Shown here: piece after piece, positions 39,839-47,420 of the stretch
How the letters are laid out: each line of letters starts with the position of its first letter
How positions within the stretch are numbered: position 1 is the first letter of the stretch
Assembly (NCBI GenBank): GCA_963720565.1
Contig: CAVRFW010000010.1
Span: forward strand, 1 to 59,949
Reading direction: 5' to 3'
From: Candidatus Bathyarchaeota archaeon
Lineage (GTDB): Archaea > Thermoproteota > Bathyarchaeia > Bathyarchaeales > Bathycorpusculaceae
DNA: 59,949 bases
The notes under the pieces: generated by a model
Told to the model about the DNA's origin: nothing
The model's input: the letters and a program-made list of their open reading frames with translations, nothing else
Databases searched by the model: none
Translations under genes and position numbers: made by a program

Positions 39839-40552
39839 ATGGTCAAGTTGGTGGCTATTAATGGCAGTGCAAGAATGGAGAAAGGCAATACTGCGAGAGT
39901 TTTGGAGCACTTTCTAGATGGCGTTAGAGATGCTGGGGCTCTCGTTGAGCTTTTTTATGCGAAGCGTTTGAACGTCGAGCCATGCACAGCTGAGTTTTAC
40001 TGTTGGAATGAGAAGCTAGGTCAGTGTTATCAAGAGGATAATATGCAGTTGCTCTATCCCAAGCTGCGGGAGGCGGATATTCTCGTGTTGGCGACGCCGG
40101 TGTACATTCCGTTGCCTGGGGAAATGCAGAATCTGATAAACAGGCTTTGCCCATTAATCAATCCGGTTTTGTCGTGGCGGGGAGGTCGTACTCGAGCCCG
40201 GTTTCACGATGACGTCAAGATTCGCAAGATAGTTTTATTGTCTGTTTGCGGTTGGTGGGAGATAGGCAACTTCGGCACGGTAGTTCGAATTGCCGAGGAG
40301 CTTGCGAAGGACGTTGACGTGGATTTTGTTGGTCCTATTTTGCGTCCCCATGCGTATCTTATGGCTCAAAACAGCAAGAAGGCTCAGGAAGTTGTTGTGG
40401 CGTTGAGGGAGGCTGGTTACCTGCTTGTGACGAAGGGGGTAGTTTCCAGGAATGTGCTGGACACGATTAGTCAGCCTTTGATGTCCGAAGAAGAGTACAG
40501 AAGAGACCTTAGCGACGACTATGAGAGAGTTAAGAACAAATTAGGCGATTAA
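39839..40552 (+). CDS. Flavodoxin-fold NADPH-dependent FMN reductase / iron-sulfur flavoprotein
   Basis: INGSARMEKGNT, PCTAEFYCW...C, LATPVY. Confidence 0.9.
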   Translation: MVKLVAINGSARMEKGNTARVLEHFLDGVRDAGALVELFYAKRLNVEPCTAEFYCWNEKLGQCYQEDNMQLLYPKLREADILVLATPVYIPLPGEMQNLINRLCPLINPVLSWRGGRTRARFHDDVKIRKIVLLSVCGWWEIGNFGTVVRIAEELAKDVDVDFVGPILRPHAYLMAQNSKKAQEVVVALREAGYLLVTKGVVSRNVLDTISQPLMSEEEYRRDLSDDYERVKNKLGD

Positions 40553-40584
40553 GGCAATTGTCAGAATAGGCTGGCATTCACGTA

Positions 40585-40636
40585 GAAGATAGAGATCGCG
40601 GGAGACATCTCTATTAGTCCCAGGTTCAAATCCCGC
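40585..40636 (+). repeat. Cassette-boundary repeat R1
   Basis: GATCGCGGGAGACATCTCTATTAGTCCCAGGTTCAAATCCCGC. Confidence 0.85.
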
Positions 40637-41190
40637 TATTTGTCGAGTTCTTTTCCTACACTCCAAGCCTTAGCGAATTTCTTACCAAGACTCCAGTAGC
40701 TCCTATCATTCATCACAAACAGGATGGGCTGCACCTTATCAAAATCGACCACTCCATCCGTTAGAACGAGTTCGTCACAGTAAGTGGCTACAACTTTGCC
40801 TATGAATGCGTCATGATTTGGAAAATCAATGGTTTTCACTAGTTCGCATTCTATGTTTATGGTGCATTCTTCAATCATTGGGGCAGTTTTGAGCTTGCCA
40901 AAAAAAGTCTTGAACATTGCCGCTTTGTTTTGGTCTACTCCTGAAACTAAGCCGCAGTAATCGGTTTCCTTAACTTGTTTTGTTGAGGGAATGTTGATGC
41001 TGAAGGTCTTGTTTGCCTTGATACCATTGTTAGTGTAATGGGTTTTGTTCATTCCTAGTGAGACGGAGTTAGGCTCCATTATGCCAACATGTGCTATTGT
41101 CGTGTAGTTTGGTTTATGATTCACTAATGCTCCAACTAGTACGGTTGGCAAGGGATACAGGCAGTTTTTTGCTCCAAGTTCAATTTTCAT
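40636..41190 (-). CDS. Flavin reductase family protein (flavoredoxin-like)
   Basis: LYPLPTVLVG, HYTNNGI, DYCGLVSG, APMIEEC, HDAFIG. Confidence 0.92.
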   Translation of the reverse strand: MKIELGAKNCLYPLPTVLVGALVNHKPNYTTIAHVGIMEPNSVSLGMNKTHYTNNGIKANKTFSINIPSTKQVKETDYCGLVSGVDQNKAAMFKTFFGKLKTAPMIEECTINIECELVKTIDFPNHDAFIGKVVATYCDELVLTDGVVDFDKVQPILFVMNDRSYWSLGKKFAKAWSVGKELDK

Positions 41191-41288
41191 CTTTAGGAAC
41201 ACCTAGGAATTGCGTTTTTGCTTCAGGTGAAGATTATTGTTTCTAGTAGATAAACAAGTAACTGCAGTCTACCAAACGCACCGATATA

Positions 41289-41340
41289 GAAAAAGAGGGA
41301 AATGCGGGAGACATCGCCACCTGATTGGGGTTCAAGATTT
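41289..41340 (+). repeat. Cassette-boundary repeat R2
   Basis: AAAAAGAGGGAAATGCGGGAGACATCGCCACCTGATTGGGGTTCAAGAT. Confidence 0.85.
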
Positions 41341-41377
41341 ATATCGAAACAATATATTTCGTGCTTTGGGTGTCTGT

Positions 41378-41917
41378 ATGCCCTATACACCTATTCACTG
41401 GAGCATAGCTTATCTAGCGAGAGAAATCAGACCCAGTTTGAGCCTTCCAGCTCTGATTGTAAGCACCGTGGTTCCTGACTTAGAAATTCCATTCATCTAC
41501 ATTATTACTGGCGGTCAACTTGGTAGGCTTGTTCTGCACAGCTTGTTGGGAGCAATTACACTTGCGACTTTGTTGTCGGTGTTCTTGACAGTTTTCGTCT
41601 ATTCCCCAGTAGTTTCGCATCTTTTTAAGGTGGACTCCAAAATTGTCAAAGGCAGGTGTCGGTTCTCCTGGAGTCTATTTGCGGTTTGTCTGTTGGGGAG
41701 TCTTTCTCACGTGCTAATCGACTCGTTGCATCATGAGTATAATCCCTTGCTGTTTCCGTTTACTTATGACTCTTTTGACGCTTTGGTATTCATGCATAAC
41801 TGGACCCTGGCGTCTGTGATTATTCCGTTGTCGTTTTTGGCTCTGCTGGTTTTGTTTGTCGCCAAAGAGGTTAGGCACGGAACTAAGAACATCTGGGTGA
41901 GGTTGCTTGTCGAATGA
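41378..41917 (+). CDS. DUF4184-like membrane protein (metal-dependent hydrolase-like)
   Basis: MPYTPIH, VPDLE, LHSLLG, SHVLIDSLHH, PLLFPF. Confidence 0.8.
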   Translation: MPYTPIHWSIAYLAREIRPSLSLPALIVSTVVPDLEIPFIYIITGGQLGRLVLHSLLGAITLATLLSVFLTVFVYSPVVSHLFKVDSKIVKGRCRFSWSLFAVCLLGSLSHVLIDSLHHEYNPLLFPFTYDSFDALVFMHNWTLASVIIPLSFLALLVLFVAKEVRHGTKNIWVRLLVE

Positions 41918-41953
41918 ATTTGGATGCAAAGACAGTTAGTGCTTCTTCAAAGA

Positions 41954-42021
41954 GAAAAAAAGTGGATTGTGTGCAGCAACTATCGAAGTGAGTAGTTTTT
42001 CAAAGTGCGGGGTGCACGCCA
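41954..42021 (+). repeat. Cassette-boundary repeat R3 (degenerate)
   Basis: AAAAAAAGTGGATTGTGTGCAGCAAC...TTCAAAGTGCGGGGTGCACGCCA. Confidence 0.55.
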
Positions 42022-42034
42022 AAAAATAATATTC

Positions 42035-42283
42035 CTAAACTGTCGATGGCTCTAACAGTTTTTGAAAATCCCTATTGATCCTAACTTTTCCGTCTTCAAC
42101 ATCAAACTTCGCCAAGTCAAACTCGTTCAAGAAATCAAGCCTTGATTCTACCTCACAGCCAGCCAGTCTCAACTTCTCTGTCAACTCCGAGATGCTGTGC
42201 CATTCTCCGTCACTTAGCAAATCGAGAATCATCGTCATCTTGAAAACCATAGGCTGCCCCTTCTCTTTGCTACTGATTGCCAC
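42035..42283 (-). CDS. Small winged-helix protein
   Basis: ILDLLSDGEWHSISELTEKL...LDFLNEFDL. Confidence 0.75.
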   Translation of the reverse strand: MAISSKEKGQPMVFKMTMILDLLSDGEWHSISELTEKLRLAGCEVESRLDFLNEFDLAKFDVEDGKVRINRDFQKLLEPSTV

Positions 42284-42438
42284 AAGCCTGCTCTTAAATG
42301 CCTATGGAATTATCCTTCAGTATTACCCTTTAGAAAACTCTAGGTGTTTGTCCATTCGACAAACAAGAAAGTTGGCGTGCCATAAGCGTGAACAATCCAA
42401 AAGCACTCCATAGTGTACGCTGCAACGGAAAAAAAGAG

Positions 42439-42486
42439 AAAAAGGGATTGTGCGGCAGACGTCGTCACAAGTATAGGCTTAACCCT
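42439..42486 (+). repeat. Cassette-boundary repeat R4
   Basis: AAAAAGGGATTGTGCGGCAGACGTCGTCACAAGTATAGGCTTAAACCC. Confidence 0.75.
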
Positions 42487-42618
42487 TTAGCCTTGGGCAG
42501 CGAGTATCTGCCTTTAGGAGCTTCTCCCTTCTCCGCCAGAAATAACACAAGCACCTATGTGCCATACGTCGATTGAGCGAGAGAACTTAACCTATCCAAT
42601 AGTTAAAAGCAACTGTTA

Positions 42619-42948
42619 CTATTGCTGGAGCAAATTATGCGGTGGAAGTTTCACCCCGTTTTTGCCGTTTGTTTCCTCAACAAGCAACCCTGCCAGTTCT
42701 CCGTGTCGATGCAAGAAGTCCAGCCCCTTCTGAGTAACTGCATAAACGTCTTTTCCGTTGTCGTCGAATTTGTTGAGCAACTGAATTTTCATCATGAACG
42801 TAAGATACTCATTCAGCTGGGCGAAGCTCATGTTTGCCCTATACATTATCTGAGTCTTCAATGTTCCCTCTTTTGCAATGCCCAAGATTTCAGCTATAAT
42901 GCTAAGCTTGTCTCTTCTCTTGGATGATTCCGCCGTCGACGAGTTCAT
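42619..42948 (-). CDS. Archaeal winged-helix regulator (HTH_45 family)
   Basis: RRDKLSIIAEIL...KTQIMYRANMSFAQLNEYL...YAVTQKG. Confidence 0.9.
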   Translation of the reverse strand: MNSSTAESSKRRDKLSIIAEILGIAKEGTLKTQIMYRANMSFAQLNEYLTFMMKIQLLNKFDDNGKDVYAVTQKGLDFLHRHGELAGLLVEETNGKNGVKLPPHNLLQQ

Positions 42949-43077
42949 CTCTATTTTCCTCTTTCAGAACTGTTTTCTATAATTGAGTTATGGAAAAGAA
43001 TACTTTAAGTCCTATTTCGCTGGCCTGCATATTCTAACAACTGTAATATTCCACTTAACACAACTCGAAACAGTAGG

Positions 43078-43138
43078 AAAAAAGGGAAATGCAGGTGATA
43101 TCTCCACCTGAATCGGGGTTCAAATCTCGCGACTCACA
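43078..43138 (+). repeat. Cassette-boundary repeat R5
   Basis: AAAAAAGGGAAATGCAGGTGATATCTCCACCTGAATCGGGGTTCAAATCTCGCGACTCACA. Confidence 0.85.
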
Positions 43139-43167
43139 ATTTTCCTAAGGAAAAGGGGTTTTGTTAT

Positions 43168-44022
43168 CTAACCATCATTGGGTTTCCGTCCTGCCAATAT
43201 CACCTGAAAAATGTATTTCGCGGTAGGTCGGTTTTGATAGAGCACCCTTTTCACAAGTCCCACTTGGAGGAATTTCTTCCTAAGCACTGGGCTTTCCCGC
43301 ATTAACTTAAGCATAACTATTGCGATTTTGAAGAGGTTTTTCCAACCTCCGACGTCTTTTATCTTCTCAAGAAAATTCAGTTCAGAAAAATGTTCAGCTA
43401 CATGAATGCTCTTAAAACCCGCTTTTGTCAACCATTCGATATAGTCAGTAATCAGGGGGATGTGAAACTTGTACCCTAATACTTCGGAGTATGTTTGTTC
43501 TGCTGATAGGATTTTCGCATCCGCTTTGGCATTAACGTTCGGGTCTTTCATGAGTTCCGCCAACGCGATTTGCCCACCGAATTTTAGTGTCGAAAAAAAG
43601 CCCTCAAATGCACTCTGCTGTAGGAAAAACGCCATGAATTCGGTAATAACCACATCGAAAGTGTTAGGTGGAAAGGGTAGTGCATGTGCGTCCCCTATTT
43701 GGAAATGCACTTTTTCATGGGCAAGCGACTTTGATGCAAAGGCATTAGCGGTGCTTATCGATTCCGGCGATATGTCAATTCCATACACTATTGCTCCTGT
43801 AGTTTCTGCAAGGTGCAAGGCAGTACCACCCGCCCCACACCCGACTGCCAATACCATACTGGAATCCGTGATTCGGGCCAATTTGGCGATGAGTTCTACC
43901 GGTTTCTTCCCTTGAGTGTTAAATGACAGTAGCCCCAATTTGCTGACTATTTCATACCAAGAAAGACCTTCAAGGGTCTTTGACGAGGCTGCCCAGAACT
44001 TGTCAATCTCCAACATGCCCAA
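43168..44022 (-). CDS. Class I SAM-dependent methyltransferase
   Basis: VLAVGCGAGG, GIDIS, GDAHALPFPPNTFDVV. Confidence 0.92.
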   Translation of the reverse strand: MGMLEIDKFWAASSKTLEGLSWYEIVSKLGLLSFNTQGKKPVELIAKLARITDSSMVLAVGCGAGGTALHLAETTGAIVYGIDISPESISTANAFASKSLAHEKVHFQIGDAHALPFPPNTFDVVITEFMAFFLQQSAFEGFFSTLKFGGQIALAELMKDPNVNAKADAKILSAEQTYSEVLGYKFHIPLITDYIEWLTKAGFKSIHVAEHFSELNFLEKIKDVGGWKNLFKIAIVMLKLMRESPVLRKKFLQVGLVKRVLYQNRPTAKYIFQVILAGRKPNDG

Positions 44023-44158
44023 TACCTCAGCATCGAGCTAGCTAGTGACCTGTATTGATAGCTTAGTTTGATAGCTAGCTAGACTGCTATTTTATAATGC
44101 CTGCCCATAAAAGAATATCTCCAACACTCATCCTGAACCTGACAGGGAGAGAACAGAG

Positions 44159-44204
44159 AAAAAAGGGGATTGAGCGGCAGACATCTCAGCCTGAATGGGT
44201 TTCG
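44159..44204 (+). repeat. Cassette-boundary repeat R6
   Basis: AAAAAAGGGGATTGAGCGGCAGACATCTCAGCCTGAATGGGTTTCG. Confidence 0.85.
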
Positions 44205-44210
44205 TGGAGT

Positions 44211-44603
44211 CTACTTTTCTTGTTTCTTCGATAGGTAGGCTTCGACTTCAGCAAACTGTTTTTTGAATTCGCCTAAGTCTATGCTGGTCGCATGTATCAT
44301 TTCGCTCCAACCCGTTGTAAAGCGGGCTAGAAAAGCGGTTTCAGCGATTTCGTCGTCAGTAGCTCCGTTCATTTTAGCTGCCCGCGTATGGAAATGAATA
44401 CAGTATGGACACTTGATTGTTGCTGCAATAGCCAAGCCCATTAGCTCTTTGTACTTGGCAGGTATCTTAGTCTCCGAGAAAGAGTATTCTTTCATTAGAG
44501 CCCATTCGTGGGGAACAACGTCGTGCGGAATCCTTTTGAACTGGTCGAGAACAACGCCCATAGTTTTCTTGATGTCTTCAAGAGTTGACTCGTACTCTGA
44601 CAT
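44211..44603 (-). CDS. Carboxymuconolactone decarboxylase/AhpD family protein
   Basis: KYKELMGLAIAATIKCPYCIHFH...GATDDEIAE. Confidence 0.92.
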   Translation of the reverse strand: MSEYESTLEDIKKTMGVVLDQFKRIPHDVVPHEWALMKEYSFSETKIPAKYKELMGLAIAATIKCPYCIHFHTRAAKMNGATDDEIAETAFLARFTTGWSEMIHATSIDLGEFKKQFAEVEAYLSKKQEK

Positions 44604-44778
44604 ATTCTATAAACACCTAGTTTTTCCTACCGGAAATCAGTCTATAAGCGTTTGTGATTGCACCCCACCTATCACATTGAGAATGGTAGAGAAGAAACGA
44701 CCTATTTTCCAGTATTAGCTAATTCCCAATAATTGCTTTGAGTTATTCATTCTAATCAGTTTCAAAAAGGTGCTATGG

Positions 44779-44846
44779 AAAAAAAAAGGGGATTGTGCGG
44801 GAGACATCTCCATTTGTCACAGGTTCAAATCCCAGTGGCCTCACCA
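44779..44846 (+). repeat. Cassette-boundary repeat R7 (best tRNA-3'-like copy)
   Basis: A9GGGGATTGTGCGGGAGACATCTCCATTTGTCACAGGTTCAAATCCCAGTGGCCTCACCA. Confidence 0.9.
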
Positions 44847-44935
44847 CGATTATCCAGGTTCAGGTAGCGTGCGAGTTGTTCTTTTGGTGGAAAGCTTATT
44901 ATGAGACATTATATATTGATTATAGACGATATATA

Positions 44936-45166
44936 ATGAGCGAAGAAGCCACCACCATACAACTAAAAAAATCAGTGGTTGAGCAGCTAAAAACCATTAG
45001 AAGGTATCCGAGAGAAACTTATAACGAGATTATTTCCAATCTGATAAAAATGGCAAAGGATTCCCGAAACAGAAGGCAATACGACGAATTCATTCACACA
45101 ATACAGCAGGCAAAGATGAAGGAATTATGGGATAACGAGGAAGATGAGGCTTGGGAAAATGTTTAG
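44936..45166 (+). CDS. Antitoxin (RHH-like N-terminus, acidic WDNEEDEAW tail)
   Basis: TTIQLKKSVVEQLK...ETYNEII; overlaps the toxin start. Confidence 0.8.
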   Translation: MSEEATTIQLKKSVVEQLKTIRRYPRETYNEIISNLIKMAKDSRNRRQYDEFIHTIQQAKMKELWDNEEDEAWENV

Positions 45167-45473
45167 AGCCGGAGACGTTGTCGTTGCGAGCGTGCAGTTC
45201 ACAGATACTGCAGAAGTGAAGACTAGACCGGCGGTAGTTCTGTTCGAAGAGCTAGGAAACGTCGTGATCGCTGGCGTGACCAGCAACCTCAAGATGAAAG
45301 GAATACCCTTGACCAAGAGTGAGGGCGCTATAAAAGAAAGCGTAATAAAACTAAACTACATCTTTACCATCTCCAACGAAATGGTATCCAAAGTCATTTT
45401 TCACTTAAGCAAAGAAAAGAAGCGCCTCATATTTGAGGAACTTGGCAGAAGACTTGATGGACTCAAAGCATAG
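45159..45473 (+). CDS. mazF: PemK/MazF family toxin
   Basis: GDVVVASVQFTD...KTRPAVV...IAGVTS...SVIKLNYIFTI. Confidence 0.88.
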   Translation: MFRAGDVVVASVQFTDTAEVKTRPAVVLFEELGNVVIAGVTSNLKMKGIPLTKSEGAIKESVIKLNYIFTISNEMVSKVIFHLSKEKKRLIFEELGRRLDGLKA

Positions 45474-45589
45474 CTTTCATGTTTTGTCTTTTTCAGGTGA
45501 AAACACGTCTAACAAGGATAGCAAGATGTAGGCTGAGACTGGGCAGTTCAAGAAAGCAAGCAAGACAGGATAACCTTGAAGACAAATAA

Positions 45590-45629
45590 GAAAAAGCGGA
45601 TTGCGGGAGACATCTCTGCTTGGTTCAAG
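45590..45629 (+). repeat. Cassette-boundary repeat R8
   Basis: GAAAAAGCGGATTGCGGGAGACATCTCTGCTTGGTTCAAG. Confidence 0.85.
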
Positions 45630-45670
45630 TTGGCATGTGCCCCATCCAAACATTGAGAGAATTTTTCTTG

Positions 45671-45743
45671 ATTTTTTCATTACTCGTTCGTCGACGAATC
45701 GTCTAATTGTTTCTTTCTCGAAGGTAATTCGGACTTTAAGGAT
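45671..45743 (-). pseudogene. Orphan copy of the 3' tail of the TPR-Ig-wHTH gene family
   Basis: About 63/73 nt identical to 32389-32461; ILKVRITFEKETIRRFVDERVMKK vs ILKVRIPYEKETIKRYVDERVMKK. Confidence 0.85.
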
Positions 45744-46026
45744 AGGACTTCGTTTCTCCTCTTTTTCCTCCAACTACCTGAAGTGCTTTTCTAACGATTC
45801 ATAGACTTGATTGGCGCAAGCCCACCGCCCAAGAGTTTAATCTGAGATAGCATCGATTATTATCAGAGTGGAGTCGCGACAACCAATAGGTCCCAAATGG
45901 TCTTTTTCCAAGTGAGTATCTAGCGCGCTAACCCGTCCGTCGGGTTTCTTGATAATTGTGAAGAGCACGTTGGCGCAGTGTTTTATATTGCTTTTTTGAT
46001 ACAAGTAGCGGGAGCAACTGGTCTGT

Positions 46027-46461
46027 TTGAATGACCCAACGAAGGTTTCTTGCCCAAGCTGTGGAAACAAGACAGATGCAGAGAACGGGTTATGCTCTGT
46101 CTGCGGAAAAGCCCTGAATGCTGAACCTGAAAACGAAAAAGTGCTTCTATCTTTCGGTCCCATGGACGTCAGCGTGTGCTTCAAGCGTCCGGGCTTCTTT
46201 GTTCTGACACAGCGAAACGACACGAAAATCGTTCTGACAAACAAACGAATTTACGGCCTCTCCTCGTTCTCAGGCAAGCCCCGCTTCGATGTCCCATACA
46301 ACGCGATAACCTCCAAGGAGAACACCAAGTACAATTTCTTCAGAGTCCTTTACCTTCAATACCTGGACGACAAAAACGCCAAGGAAGTGTCCATAATGGG
46401 CGGACCAACAAACTACAGCAACGTTGCTCGTGCCCACGAATTGATTCCAGCGCCAGGATAA
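46027..46461 (+). CDS. Zinc-ribbon + bacterial PH-like domain protein
   Basis: CPSCG...CSVCG, then KIVLTNKRIY...DVPYNAI. Confidence 0.75.
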   Translation: MNDPTKVSCPSCGNKTDAENGLCSVCGKALNAEPENEKVLLSFGPMDVSVCFKRPGFFVLTQRNDTKIVLTNKRIYGLSSFSGKPRFDVPYNAITSKENTKYNFFRVLYLQYLDDKNAKEVSIMGGPTNYSNVARAHELIPAPG

Positions 46462-46528
46462 ATTGATTATTTTGGCTTGTGAACTTTTTGAGCACGACTT
46501 TTTTTAACAATTTTTTAGTGAGCGTTCG

Positions 46529-47416
46529 CTATAGGGTGAATCCTGTGTGGTATGGGTAGAATAGCATTAGGATGATTATTATGATGGTTGCGGCGAAGAT
46601 TACGGCGGTTAGGGTTTTGTCGTGCCGTGTCATTTTTAGTTCTTCGTAGCTTACTTTTTGTACTTTTGCGCCGAAGCCTCTTGTTTCCATGGCTAGGGCG
46701 AGGATTCGGGCTCGTTTTATGATGTTGACTATGAGTGTGGTTAGTGTTGTGGTGAGGCCTTCGAAGATGCTTTTCGGGTTTAGTTTTTTGATTTTTAGGC
46801 CTCTTGCTTGTTGGGCGTTCATTATGGTGTAGTATTCTTCCATTACGACTGGGACGAATCGTAGGGCGGTCATGGCTACGAATGTGATTTTGACTGGGAT
46901 GCCTATTTTGCTTAGGGATAGGAGGATTTCTTTGGGTTTGGTTGTCATTATCATTAGGTTGCTTGAGAAGAGGGCTATGGAGAACTTGAGGGTTGTGACG
47001 GTGCCCCAGACTAGGCCTTCTTGAGCTATTACGATGCCTCTTCCCCCGGTCAACCATAGTAGGAAGGGTCCGAGGATAGGCATTGATTCTGCTTGTTCGG
47101 GCCGGAAAATCCATGTCAAGATGGTGATGGTGCCTTCGGGGTGCTGGTAGAATCCGAAGTAGAAGAACATTCCGAAGAAGAAGAATGAAAGTGAGCTGAA
47201 TAAGCCTATGATGAGTATGGCTCGGTATCGGGATCGGGGTATTCGCGCAAGAAGGTAAAGACTCAGCACGAACGCGAATACGAATAGAAGGGTTACGATG
47301 CCGTTTGCGGCTATGGCGAGCAACAGCACGGGGAGCAGCATTAGCAGTTTTACCTGGGGATTTAGTCTGTGGATTGGAGAGTTGGAGTCGACGTACTGGA
47401 ATAGCCCTCGAAACAT
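46529..47416 (-). CDS. ecfT: ECF transporter transmembrane T component
   Basis: SPIHRLNPQVK, ALRFVP, AQQARG, AMETRGF. Confidence 0.92.
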   Translation of the reverse strand: MFRGLFQYVDSNSPIHRLNPQVKLLMLLPVLLLAIAANGIVTLLFVFAFVLSLYLLARIPRSRYRAILIIGLFSSLSFFFFGMFFYFGFYQHPEGTITILTWIFRPEQAESMPILGPFLLWLTGGRGIVIAQEGLVWGTVTTLKFSIALFSSNLMIMTTKPKEILLSLSKIGIPVKITFVAMTALRFVPVVMEEYYTIMNAQQARGLKIKKLNPKSIFEGLTTTLTTLIVNIIKRARILALAMETRGFGAKVQKVSYEELKMTRHDKTLTAVIFAATIIIIILMLFYPYHTGFTL

Positions 47417-47420
47417 GCCT

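Noticed and set aside
41237..41377. N-terminal extensions of the DUF4184 ORF (and of the antitoxin, 44795-44935)
   Set aside because: They read through non-coding repeats R2 and R7; the downstream ATGs fit the family starts
44795..44846. Intact tRNA gene
   Set aside because: Only the T-loop and 3' end are present; no 5' acceptor strand, D-arm or anticodon arm
40585..45629. CRISPR array
   Set aside because: Repeats are degenerate, spacers are 0.4-1.0 kb whole genes, and no cas genes are present
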